A stretch of DNA of 63,896 bases from Phascolarctobacterium succinatutens (GTDB lineage: Bacteria; Bacillota; Clostridia; Christensenellales; CAG-917), in NCBI GenBank assembly GCA_963593735.1, contig CAVBBF010000004.1, positions 1-63,896 on the forward strand. Reading direction: 5' to 3'. Shown here piece by piece: positions 46,701 to 56,330 of the stretch; the first letter of the stretch is position 1, and every line of letters starts with the position of its first letter. The position numbers and the translations under genes were made by a program. Below the pieces are notes generated by a model. That model was not told where the DNA came from, ran no database searches, and saw nothing but the letters and a program-made list of their open reading frames with translations.

Positions 46701-49316
46701 TTACAACGCCTCCTTGTCAGAATTTTCGTCCGCAGGGATTTGGATGTCCCCCTCTACCCCTTGATTTTCGGGCATTTGGTCTTGAACGACAACGTCTTGT
46801 TCGCCTTGAGCGTCGTTTTGTTCGTCGCTTTGTTGATTCTTGGCTTTCTTGGCTTTTTTGGCTTTTTTGCCTTTCTTCTTGTCTTCGATCGCCGTGCCGT
46901 TTGCGTATTCGAGTTCCCTCTCCTGCGCAACGAAACTAAGGAAGTAGAACAATACGACCACGCCGCAGAAGAAGAACAACATATCGCGTACGCCGTAGAG
47001 CGGATAGAACGTGGGTTTGTAACTCAAATCCGCTTTGAGTTGTCTCACCGCCGTCAAGTCGGCAAGTCCGAGTGCGGAGGGATATGTGCCTGCGCCGAGC
47101 GTGTCGCCAATGAGCGTCGAGCCTATCATCGCACCGAATGCGGTCGCCTCATAGTTTGCTCTCTCGAATTTTTGATACGCAAGAGCCACTGCCATATCGT
47201 CTGTGCCCGCAACCCAGGTGTAGAACTCCCACACGGGTTTGATTGCCGGAGATTGATAGTAGTACAATCCCTCGAGGATTGTTGTCAAAATGGAAGATAC
47301 GTCGATTGCAAAGTTGTAGTCCTCGTCGAGAAGCGGAATTTGTATGCCGCTGATTTCAAGACCGTAACGAACGCCGTCGTCGGTGTTGAAAGTCTTGATG
47401 AGGTTGAGAAGTCCGTTGATTGTGCCCACAACGCCGCCGCCGAGTATGGACGAGAGGTCAACGCCCAGTTTGCTCATCAATCCGTTGAGCGCGGTGTTGA
47501 GGAAGTCGCTGAGGTGATCGAGGTCGAAGTCGTATTCGATGTTGCCGTCCTCGCCCACTTGCACGAATGCGTCGCTGAAGTTGAGGTCGACAAGCACGTC
47601 GCCGCCGTCTGCGACTTTTTCGCTGTTTTTGCCCATGACGTAGTTGCCGTCCGCGTCTTGCGTGCCGTCGTCTTTGACAAGCGCGACGTAGAGATAATCT
47701 CTCGTTTCGCCCTCGTTGAATACGTCGGGTGCGCCTGCGTATGCCACAACCAAGAACAAATCGTTGACCGTGACAGTGCTGTCAACGCCCAAAAGCGGTT
47801 GAATCCATTCCAAAGCCTTCGCCATAGTCGCGTCGTCCATACCGAAGTCTTTTCTGAAACTCATGCCGTTTTGCAATTTTTCGAGGATAGGCGAAAGGAT
47901 TGCGCCCACGCCGAATTTGCCGACAACGTCGTCAAGACCCGTGCTGCCGTCGGTTGATTTGAGCAAGAAATCGAAAAGATGGTTGTTGCCGAGCAATGCG
48001 CCCACTTTTGCAATCAAATAATCGAGTCCGTTGTGTGTGAGTGAGAAATTCTCTGCAAATTCAATCTCTTGACCGTAGAGAGTTTGCAACCATTCGGGGC
48101 ATTTTTCGCCTGTGGCCGGATCCTCAATCAAGCCGGTGTAATATCTATCTCTCGCCTTGACCGCTTTTTCGTACATTTTCTGGAATTTGGAATCGTATTT
48201 GTTTGCTGAGATTTCCTCTTGCGCGGAATAATAATCCTCGAGGATGTTAAGCACGTTGTCGAGGCTGAAAACCCAGCCGTCCGAAAGCATACCGTTGGAA
48301 TTGTAAATGCCCTTTCCGTATATACCGTCCATTGTGCTTGTCTGAGAAGAGCCGTTTGTATATTCGGTTGCAAGCGGCATCAAATCCTTGCAATACCAAA
48401 CGTAAATTTCTTCGCCCGCTTTGGTGGTTTTCTTTTGATACCAGTAGTGCGAATAGGTCTTGCCGTTGATGACGAGTTGTCCGCTCGAGTTCGGTTTAAG
48501 CCTGACGATTTGCGTATATTCGGGGCTTTGTCTGTAATCGTAGGAATTTTCGCTGTCGCTGCTTACGCGATAAGTGCCGTCGAGAATCTTTTTAAGATCG
48601 CCGTTGCCTTTGATGTTGTTGTTTTCGTCAACGTCGAGCCTGTAAAGTCCGTCCTCGCCCTTGACGAAACTGATGTCTACACCCTGATTGCCCTCGTCGT
48701 CGATGATGGAATAGTACGTCACGGGTTTGTTGGAGATGTTGCCGGCAACGCCGCCCTTGTTTGCGCCTTCCATCTCAACGTTGTAGACGTTTTTCATCAA
48801 ATCCACTTGTTTGATGAGTTTGAGCGTGTCGTTCTTGCCGACTGCGTTCGAGGACACCGTGCGATAGTAGGAAAGTTGGGTCTTATAGTCGTCGATGACA
48901 ACGTCCGTCCCCTCATACTGCGCTTGAAGTTCGGTGATTTTCTTTTCAAGCATCGCGTCCATAACGACACCCGTGATAAGCATCGTCGCCATACAGACCG
49001 CAACGACGGAGAACATCCTCACACGAGTGTTCTTCACCGTCTTGCTCAAAATTATATGCACGATGGAAATGAACGCCCATACCGCAAAACCGATCCATAC
49101 GCCGTAAAGCGCAGGCGCGGTGATATACGACTCCGCCTGCTTGAAAAAGCCCAATGCCGTCGTGAATGTCGTTTCACCCATGAACGGATCGTGGCTGATG
49201 AATCTGACCGCGGTGAAACACACCGCAACCAGGAACAAGGGAAGACCAAGCATGTAAAACACGACTTTGAGCGTGCGGTACAACTTGACCTTTTTGTACT
49301 GTTGAGTTTGGCTCAT
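46701..49316 (-). CDS. large hypothetical membrane protein (871 aa)
   Basis: GAGGAG RBS. Three N-terminal TM segments, a domain of about 650 aa, a C-terminal TM segment (MLFFFCGVVVLFYFLSFV) and a Lys-rich then acidic tail (KKKGKKAKKAKKAK...). Confidence 0.7.
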   Translation of the reverse strand: MSQTQQYKKVKLYRTLKVVFYMLGLPLFLVAVCFTAVRFISHDPFMGETTFTTALGFFKQAESYITAPALYGVWIGFAVWAFISIVHIILSKTVKNTRVRMFSVVAVCMATMLITGVVMDAMLEKKITELQAQYEGTDVVIDDYKTQLSYYRTVSSNAVGKNDTLKLIKQVDLMKNVYNVEMEGANKGGVAGNISNKPVTYYSIIDDEGNQGVDISFVKGEDGLYRLDVDENNNIKGNGDLKKILDGTYRVSSDSENSYDYRQSPEYTQIVRLKPNSSGQLVINGKTYSHYWYQKKTTKAGEEIYVWYCKDLMPLATEYTNGSSQTSTMDGIYGKGIYNSNGMLSDGWVFSLDNVLNILEDYYSAQEEISANKYDSKFQKMYEKAVKARDRYYTGLIEDPATGEKCPEWLQTLYGQEIEFAENFSLTHNGLDYLIAKVGALLGNNHLFDFLLKSTDGSTGLDDVVGKFGVGAILSPILEKLQNGMSFRKDFGMDDATMAKALEWIQPLLGVDSTVTVNDLFLVVAYAGAPDVFNEGETRDYLYVALVKDDGTQDADGNYVMGKNSEKVADGGDVLVDLNFSDAFVQVGEDGNIEYDFDLDHLSDFLNTALNGLMSKLGVDLSSILGGGVVGTINGLLNLIKTFNTDDGVRYGLEISGIQIPLLDEDYNFAIDVSSILTTILEGLYYYQSPAIKPVWEFYTWVAGTDDMAVALAYQKFERANYEATAFGAMIGSTLIGDTLGAGTYPSALGLADLTAVRQLKADLSYKPTFYPLYGVRDMLFFFCGVVVLFYFLSFVAQERELEYANGTAIEDKKKGKKAKKAKKAKNQQSDEQNDAQGEQDVVVQDQMPENQGVEGDIQIPADENSDKEAL

Positions 49317-49729
49317 AACTTTCTCCTCATTGATTTGGGATTGCTCTCGTATGTATGCGCGAGCGCACCCGAATATGATTTACTGTACTATCATAGCATA
49401 TCCAAAAACATATTTCAATACGATTTTCAAGAAATTTTGACCGCCCCATATCTTGCGCAATCTCTTCGTCCTCGTTCACAATATGCCAGTTTTTGCTTGC
49501 TTTTGCCTTGCCCGCCCTTCCGTTTCACCCTTGTTTTTTCTATATTAATTATTCGCAAGCCGTCGCAAAATACCCGACATTTTCGCCGTTTTGTGCGCAT
49601 ATTTATCGTTTCGACAAATTAATCTTTGAACTTGCCGATGTAGATTTTCGTTTCGGGGTTGATTTTGGCATTCTAAGAGTTTATTATTGAATCAACAAAT
49701 CGGCAAACCGTCGATGTCAGGAGGAAAAT

Positions 49730-51076
49730 ATGTCATACATCAGCGAAGTCATAGAACAGACTGAATTGAAAAACCCCAATCAGCCTCAATTTATGCAAAC
49801 CGTCAAAGAAGTTCTCACGTCTTTGGCACCCGCTATCGAACAAAACGAACAGTTGATGCGCAAAAACGTCATCCTCGAACGCCTTGTCGAACCCGACAGA
49901 CAAATTATGTTCCGCGTTCCTTGGATGGACGACAACGGCAATTACCACGTCAATCGCGGTTTCCGCGTTCAATTCAACAACGCAATCGGACCGTACAAGG
50001 GCGGCTTGAGATTCCAAAAGGATGTCAACCTCGACGCAATGAAGTTCCTCGGCTTCGAGCAAACCTTCAAAAACTCCCTCACCTCCCTTCCCATGGGCGG
50101 CGCAAAGGGCGGCGCGGACTTCGACCCCACCGGCAAGAGCGATTCCGAAATCATGCGTTTCTGCCAATCCTTTATGAACGAACTTTATCGTCACATCGGA
50201 CCGAATATGGACGTTCCGGCAGGCGATATGGGTGTCGGCGGTCGCGAAATCGGCTATCTGTTCGGTCAGTATAAGAAAATCGTAGGCGCTTACGAAAACG
50301 GCGTTCTCACCGGCAAAGGTCTCAGTTACGGCGGCTCTCTCATCCGTCCCGAAGCAACCGGTTTCGGCGCAACCTACTTCCTCGAAGAAGTGTTCAAACA
50401 TCAAGGCGAACAACTCGCGGGCAAAACCTTCTGTCTCAGCGGTTTCGGCAACGTCGCATGGGGCGCAGCAAAGAAAATCGACGAACTCGGCGGCAAGGTC
50501 GTCACCCTCTCGGGTCCCGACGGATACGTTTACGACCCGGACGGCGTAACCGGCGAAAAGATCGACTATTTGCTCGAAATGCGCGCTTCCAACCGCAACA
50601 GAGTGCAAGACTACTCCGACAAATACGGCTGCGAATTCGTCGCCGGCAAGAAGCCTTGGGGCAACGTCAAAGCGGATGTCTATATGCCCTGCGCAAGACA
50701 AAACGAAGTTCTTTTGGACGACGCAATCGCAATGGTCAAACTCGGCGTTCCCGTCCTCAACGAAGTTTCCAACATGCCTACAACCAACGAGGCAATCGCA
50801 TACTTGCAAGAACACGGCGTTCTCGTCACCCCGTCCAAAGCGGTCAACGCAGGCGGCGTTGCGACGAGCGGTCTCGAAATGTCGCAAAACAGCGAACGTC
50901 TTGCTTGGACAAAGGAAGAAGTGGACGCAAAACTCAAACAAATTATGAAGGGCATCCATACTCAAATCTGCGACGCACTCGACGCATACGGTCTCGATTA
51001 CAACCTCGTCAAGGGCGCAAACCTTGCGGGATTTAAGAAGGTAGCCGACGCTATGATCGCACAAGGAATCAACTAA
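49730..51076 (+). CDS. gdhA: NADP-specific glutamate dehydrogenase
   Basis: AGGAGG RBS. GPYKGGLRF, catalytic-Lys motif LPMGGAKGGADFDP, dinucleotide fold GFGNVAWGAA. 448 aa. Confidence 0.95.
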   Translation: MSYISEVIEQTELKNPNQPQFMQTVKEVLTSLAPAIEQNEQLMRKNVILERLVEPDRQIMFRVPWMDDNGNYHVNRGFRVQFNNAIGPYKGGLRFQKDVNLDAMKFLGFEQTFKNSLTSLPMGGAKGGADFDPTGKSDSEIMRFCQSFMNELYRHIGPNMDVPAGDMGVGGREIGYLFGQYKKIVGAYENGVLTGKGLSYGGSLIRPEATGFGATYFLEEVFKHQGEQLAGKTFCLSGFGNVAWGAAKKIDELGGKVVTLSGPDGYVYDPDGVTGEKIDYLLEMRASNRNRVQDYSDKYGCEFVAGKKPWGNVKADVYMPCARQNEVLLDDAIAMVKLGVPVLNEVSNMPTTNEAIAYLQEHGVLVTPSKAVNAGGVATSGLEMSQNSERLAWTKEEVDAKLKQIMKGIHTQICDALDAYGLDYNLVKGANLAGFKKVADAMIAQGIN

Positions 51077-51198
51077 AAGGCTGTAAAATAGCGACTAACT
51101 TTGTCAGCGCACTCTTTTCACAAAATCACGTACGTCAGTACGCTGGGTTTTGTGCCAAGGGTGCGCTTTCTTGTTATTCATCTATTTTACAGCCTTTT
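51075..51198. other. long (about 124 nt) imperfect hairpin immediately 3' of gdhA
   Basis: Outer arms AAAAGGCTGTAAAATAG (51075-51091) and CTATTTTACAGCCTTTT (51182-51198). Inner pairings GCGCAC/GTGCGC, CACAAAA/TTTTGTG and CGTAC/GTACG. Confidence 0.7.
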
Positions 51199-51264
51199 AG
51201 GATACGATACTCATTCGCAGACATAACAAAAACCGCCGCCCGCGAACTTGCAGAGCGGACTTTT

Positions 51265-51555
51265 AACACTCACTTATTCAAGGCGTTCTTATACAACTAC
51301 TCTGCCCTTTCGTAGACGGAACACGAGCCGCAACGGCGGCGAGAAAAGGGAGCGCCGAAGCTCGACGATTAGTACCGTCCGACTGTGCCGTTTGGGTGCG
51401 AAGCTGGCACACAAAGGACGGTGACATAATGAGAGAAATGTCCCTATCTATGCGAGTGCCGAGTGTTGCCCCACGCGGAGCGGACGTCGTGGGTTCCCTC
51501 AAAGTATGCAGAGGGGGAACGACGGTAGGGGAAACGCGTGAGGAAGGGGGAAGCT
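51265..51555 (+). repeat. repeat family R3, copy b
   Basis: CACTTATTCAAGGCGTTCTTATACAAC, GACGGAACACGAGCCGCAACGGCGGCGAGAAAAGGGAGCGCCGAAG and GACATAATGAGAGAAATGTCCCTATCTATGCGAGTGCCGAGTGT align with 4727-5158. The core is about 125 nt shorter. Confidence 0.75.
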
Positions 51556-51675
51556 TTATTTTTCTTTATCGTCAAGCCTGCTTTTATGACAAAAACGCCT
51601 TTTATGCGCAAAGTTTCTTTACTCGCTATTGACTTTTTTTGTCGTTATGTTAAACTGTTTTAAGAGGAAAACATC

Positions 51676-52368
51676 ATGAACCAAAACCAAACAAGCAACG
51701 ACATCATTGACGAACAACCCTTTTCCCAAACGGAAGAACCTTTTGTGGAAACGCCAAAAGGCATACTTTACGAAATCGGTCTAAAACAAGCCGAGAAAAA
51801 CGCCAAAAAAGAAAAGAGAAAAGGCGTTATGCAGTTCATAAAATACGCCCTTTGCGCGGCGAGCGCAGGCATAATTCAAATCGTGCTGTTCTCGATTTTG
51901 CAAGCGGTCATACCCTCAAACGGCAGAACCATTCACTTCATAGTCGAAGATATGGATTTGGTCACGTTTATCGCAACGACCGTCGCGCTTTGCGCCTCTA
52001 TCCTTTGGAACTTCACTTTCAACCGCAAGTTTACTTTCAAAGACGCTGGCAACGTGCCAAAAGCAATGATTTTGGCGTTTTTGTTCTACGTCCCCTTCTA
52101 CCCCTTCCAAACTTGGTACGTCCACACAATCAAATTCTTGCTTGTTGACGCAATAGGCACGGACGCGGCAGGCATAATCGCGGAAGGCACGGTTATGGTA
52201 ATCAACTTTGTGCTTGAATTTATGTGGCAAAAATTCGTCGTTTTCCGCAAACCCAAAGACAAAAAGGAAAACGAAACCGAAAACGCCGAAAACTCGGACG
52301 CGCCCGAAAACACCGAGAACGCGGACAGTGCGAACAACTCCGAAAATCCCGAAAACACCGCAGAATAA
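51676..52368 (+). CDS. GtrA-family membrane protein with low-complexity tails
   Basis: FIKYALCAASAGIIQIVLFSIL...NFTFNRKFTFK is a GtrA-like signature. C-terminal tail rich in E/N/D (ENETENAENSDAPENTENADSANNSENPENTAE). Confidence 0.7.
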   Translation: MNQNQTSNDIIDEQPFSQTEEPFVETPKGILYEIGLKQAEKNAKKEKRKGVMQFIKYALCAASAGIIQIVLFSILQAVIPSNGRTIHFIVEDMDLVTFIATTVALCASILWNFTFNRKFTFKDAGNVPKAMILAFLFYVPFYPFQTWYVHTIKFLLVDAIGTDAAGIIAEGTVMVINFVLEFMWQKFVVFRKPKDKKENETENAENSDAPENTENADSANNSENPENTAE

Positions 52369-52392
52369 ACGCAAAATTTAATCGCATACTTG

Positions 52393-52420
52393 CCGCTCTC
52401 TTTAACGAGGGCGGTTTTTT
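52393..52420 (+). terminator. rho-independent terminator
   Basis: CCGCTCTC tttaac GAGGGCGG (one mismatch), followed by TTTTTT. Confidence 0.7.
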
Positions 52421-52459
52421 GTATTAATCATTGTTTACAAACTCGTCGTTTTGACAATA

Positions 52460-53899
52460 ATGTGCAACGTGGATATAGACAGACTTCAACAAGATTTGAA
52501 AAAGACGTTTTCAAACAGCGACGACTTCAAATGCCGCCGCCTCGATATAGGCGACAAGCGTTGCCTTTTTGCGTATATCGACGGCAATATCGACAAAATT
52601 TTGTTCGAGCAAGACGTCGTACGCCCTCTGAAAAACTGCGAGAAACTCGAAAAACCTTATCTGAAATCCTTGCAAAATACGGTTGCGTACGCCGACGAAA
52701 TCGAGGTTGTGTCGGCAAAGGATTCCCCCGGGAACATTGCCGCTTGCGACATCGCGTTCTATATCGAGGGCGAGGAAGATGCGTATATCTTTTCATTGCG
52801 CAAGCCCGCTTCGAGAGCGATAGGCGAGCCGCCCACATCGTCGGTTATGAAAGGTCCGCGCGAGGGATTTATCGAGGAAATCAAAACGAATATGTCGCTT
52901 GTGAGGAAGCGCATAAAATCCCCCGACCTCGTTATGAAAACCTTTCAAGTGGGCAGATACTCGGCAACGACGGTCGCTTTGATGTATATACGAGGCGTTG
53001 CGGACGACAAAATCGTCGAAAGACTCACTCGCAAAATCGAGCAAATCGACGTGGACGGCGTTGTGGACAGTGCGTATGTGCTGTCCTTTATTCAAACCAA
53101 AAAGAACTCGTTCTTCATTCAAGCAGGCACGACGGAAAAACCCGACGTGGCAACGGCAAAACTGCTCGAAGGGCGAATCGTAATCATTGTGGACGGCTCG
53201 CCTATCGCAATAACGCTGCCCTATCTCGTCTTCGAGGACGTGCAGGACGGCTACGACTACTATTCGGGCGACTGGCGCGCTTCGATGATACGAATGTTCC
53301 GACTTTTCGGCGCAATGCTGACCGTGTTTTTGCCCGGGGCGTACATCGCTCTTCAAACCTACCACTTCCAACTGTTGCCCATAAAGTTTCTGATGACTCT
53401 TATGTCGGCAACGACGAACATACCTTTTCCGCCGGCAATCGAAATGCTTTTGGTCATGACGCTTTTCGAGGTGCTTAATCAGGCTTCCATACGAATGCCG
53501 CGCTACTTCGGCATATCTCTATCCGTCGTGGGAGCAATCGTTCTTGGCGACACGGCGGTGAAATCGGGGCTTATCTCGTCGCCGTCCGTGCTTGTTGTCG
53601 CGCTGTCGGCAATAGGCATATTCTGCGTGCCCGATCAAGTGGGAACGATGTCCGTACTTCGCTTTTTGTACCTATGCATAAGCGCGGTTCTCGGCTTCGT
53701 GGGAATGATAATTCTCACCATTGTAATCATCGCATATCTCGCATCGCTCGAAAATTTCGGCACTCCCTATCTTGCGCCGTACGCGCCGAGAATCTCGCCC
53801 GACCTTCAAGACGGCGTGTTGAAAGCAAACTCGGCGGCAATGGAATTGCGCCCCTATTCCATACCCACGCAAAATCGCCGCCGCATACGCAAAGATTGA
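52460..53899 (+). CDS. spore germination protein, GerA (A-subunit) family
   Basis: About 480 aa. Soluble N-terminal domain (FAYIDGNIDK..., PREGFIEEIKTNMSLVRKRI), then a TM-rich C-terminus typical of GerAA/GerKA. The ORF-track TTG at 52451 is an alternative start. Confidence 0.85.
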   Translation: MCNVDIDRLQQDLKKTFSNSDDFKCRRLDIGDKRCLFAYIDGNIDKILFEQDVVRPLKNCEKLEKPYLKSLQNTVAYADEIEVVSAKDSPGNIAACDIAFYIEGEEDAYIFSLRKPASRAIGEPPTSSVMKGPREGFIEEIKTNMSLVRKRIKSPDLVMKTFQVGRYSATTVALMYIRGVADDKIVERLTRKIEQIDVDGVVDSAYVLSFIQTKKNSFFIQAGTTEKPDVATAKLLEGRIVIIVDGSPIAITLPYLVFEDVQDGYDYYSGDWRASMIRMFRLFGAMLTVFLPGAYIALQTYHFQLLPIKFLMTLMSATTNIPFPPAIEMLLVMTLFEVLNQASIRMPRYFGISLSVVGAIVLGDTAVKSGLISSPSVLVVALSAIGIFCVPDQVGTMSVLRFLYLCISAVLGFVGMIILTIVIIAYLASLENFGTPYLAPYAPRISPDLQDGVLKANSAAMELRPYSIPTQNRRRIRKD

Positions 53900-53917
53900 C
53901 GAACAATAGGTTTATCT

Positions 53918-55129
53918 ATGACAAATAGCACAATAAAACACGGATTGCGCAAAAATCTACCAAACGGCACCATCTACAATTCACAAGCGGCGGCTATTAT
54001 GGTCGCGCTCGGTTTTGCGTTCAAACTCTCGTCCGCCCCGGGTATATTCTCGGATGCGTTCGGCTCGGCTGCGTTTTGGGTGTTTATGGGATTCACCGCA
54101 ATCGAGGGTATATGCGTACTCTTCATTTTCGCCTTTGCGAGAATGGGCGGCGACGCGCTGTTGCGCGCGACGAATTGCGCTTTTTATAAGGCGGCGTGTC
54201 TTGTCGCTTGCGTTTGGCTTTCGGCAAAAACGGTGTTTTATTTTTGCTACTGTACTTCCTATCTCACCCACGAACTCTTCACGGGTACGCAGCCCTTCCT
54301 CATATTCGGATTGTTCCTTCTGCCCATTGTGTATCTCGGCTTGAAAGGCACACGCACGATTGCAAGAAGTTGCGAATTGTTTGCGCCGCTGTTCCTTGCG
54401 GTGACAATTCTCAACCTCGCGTTTTTGGATTCGGATATGGACTTCGGGCGCAATCTGCCGATTCTCACGACAGAGCCATCCGTGCTGTTTGCGACTATGC
54501 CGCGCTACGGTCTGTGGCTCGGCGACGTGTTCCCTTTTATGTTCGTGAGGATTCGCAACAAAAAAGCGCCCTATCTCACCCTCGGCATCGCGTCGACTTG
54601 GGCGATTGCGAATCTAATCGTGCTTCTCGGCGTCGCGCTCTACGGCAATGCGCTCAAAACGGTGTCAGACCTCTTTATACACATCGCAAGTTTCAACCAA
54701 CTTTCTTTGGAAATAGGAAGAATGGAATGGACAAACCTTTTCGGAATCATAATGATGTCGCTCTACGCTCTCTCCTTCCTCTACGACGGCGCGAATCAGG
54801 CGTGTGAGCGCGCGCTCGGCACGGCTCTGCCGTCAAAGATTCTCTGTCCGACGGCGGTGATATGCTCCGCTCTATTTTCGTCATCCCTACAACAAGTGAC
54901 CGACTTTGCGCTCGGCACGGCGGGATATGTTTTGACGGCGATTGCGTTCGCTTTACCGATTGCGCTTTTTGCCGTAGCGAAAGTCGAAAAGAAAAGATAT
55001 TCGGGTTTGTACGCTTGCCTCGACGCAGAGTATGCGACGATAGGCAAGCAAGACAACGCTCCCGACAGCGAAAACGACGGCGTGCTTTATTCGTTCAAGC
55101 AAAACTCGCCCGAGGGGGAAGCGCAATGA
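53918..55129 (+). CDS. spore germination protein, GerAB (permease-like B-subunit) family
   Basis: 403-aa polytopic protein located between the A and C subunits. Overlaps the next gene by ATGA. Confidence 0.75.
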   Translation: MTNSTIKHGLRKNLPNGTIYNSQAAAIMVALGFAFKLSSAPGIFSDAFGSAAFWVFMGFTAIEGICVLFIFAFARMGGDALLRATNCAFYKAACLVACVWLSAKTVFYFCYCTSYLTHELFTGTQPFLIFGLFLLPIVYLGLKGTRTIARSCELFAPLFLAVTILNLAFLDSDMDFGRNLPILTTEPSVLFATMPRYGLWLGDVFPFMFVRIRNKKAPYLTLGIASTWAIANLIVLLGVALYGNALKTVSDLFIHIASFNQLSLEIGRMEWTNLFGIIMMSLYALSFLYDGANQACERALGTALPSKILCPTAVICSALFSSSLQQVTDFALGTAGYVLTAIAFALPIALFAVAKVEKKRYSGLYACLDAEYATIGKQDNAPDSENDGVLYSFKQNSPEGEAQ

Positions 55130-56277
55130 AAAAACTAAACGTACCGGCATATCTTCTGCGCACGAAATGGTTTGTGTTTTTCCTCATCGCCGTGTTTTTG
55201 ATAGTATTCGGCAGAATGGTGGAAACGCCGTCGTTGTCGAAGTCGGCGGTGGTGCTCGGACTCGGCATTGACTACGACGAATCCGCCTCTCTTTTCGAGG
55301 TCAGCACGCAAGCGGTGCTTGTCGGCTCGTCGAGCGGCGACACGACGGAAACAAGTTATGTCTGCACGTCCGCAAAGGGGAACACGATTGCAGGCGCAAT
55401 GGACATAATTGCACGAAAAATGGGGTTAACCGTATCGCTTTCACACTGTAATGTGGTGTTTATGTCAACATCGGCATTCAAACTCGATCATATGCAACTC
55501 ATATATCCGCTCACCGGAATGTACGCTTTGCCCGAGCAAACAATCATCGTGACAGGGGATAAATCACCCTTTGAAATGCTGTCGCTGAGGATTGGAACAA
55601 CCATAAGTTCGCCCTTCTTTTTGCAGCAGGCTCTCGTCAACGAGGAAGGCTCGGACGGTATGATTCGCACGACCGCAAAGGACTTTCTTGCTCGCTCGCT
55701 GTCAAGAAGCAAGGCAAACGTCATCCCCTATATCATCGCAAAAAAGGCAAATCCTCCTCTCACCGAAGCGGGCGGCGAGGACGATGTGTACGAACTCGAC
55801 ATATCTCGCGCAATGGCATTTGACAACGAAAATTATTGCATAATCGAAAACGACTACGCCGAAATCCTTGCGCTGTATCACAGTCGCGACGTGACGGGAA
55901 CGCTCAATTACACCGCAAAAGACGGCGGTACGATAGAGTTCAAAATCCTCAAAAAATCCGTCAAAATCAAGGCGCACGGGCGCAAAGTTGTTGCCGAAAT
56001 CACACTTTCCGCCGACCTTGCCGACGTGCAGAAAATCCCGACGGACAAAGTTGTCAACACCGACAACGCCGTTGTAAAACAATATGCCGCCGCCCTTGCA
56101 AAAGACATCGAAAGCAGACTTTGCAAGTTGTATGATTTGTCGCTAAGTCAAAACATCGACTTTTTGTCGTTGCAATCGAAAGTATATCAATCTATCGGGA
56201 GAAACCTCGAAGAGGACTGTCTTGCCACCCTCTCTTTCGAGCCGAAAGTGTCCATAAGCGTGAAAGAGGCGGGCTGA
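55126..56277 (+). CDS. spore germination protein, Ger(x)C family
   Basis: Start MKKLNV at 55126. N-domain motif VVLGLGIDYD. The N-terminus is a TM helix without a Cys lipobox. Confidence 0.7.
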   Translation: MKKLNVPAYLLRTKWFVFFLIAVFLIVFGRMVETPSLSKSAVVLGLGIDYDESASLFEVSTQAVLVGSSSGDTTETSYVCTSAKGNTIAGAMDIIARKMGLTVSLSHCNVVFMSTSAFKLDHMQLIYPLTGMYALPEQTIIVTGDKSPFEMLSLRIGTTISSPFFLQQALVNEEGSDGMIRTTAKDFLARSLSRSKANVIPYIIAKKANPPLTEAGGEDDVYELDISRAMAFDNENYCIIENDYAEILALYHSRDVTGTLNYTAKDGGTIEFKILKKSVKIKAHGRKVVAEITLSADLADVQKIPTDKVVNTDNAVVKQYAAALAKDIESRLCKLYDLSLSQNIDFLSLQSKVYQSIGRNLEEDCLATLSFEPKVSISVKEAG

Positions 56278-56330
56278 TCGGTTGCACCTCGATTTTCGCA
56301 ATCGGCATATAGTGGCGTAGAGGTGTTTTT

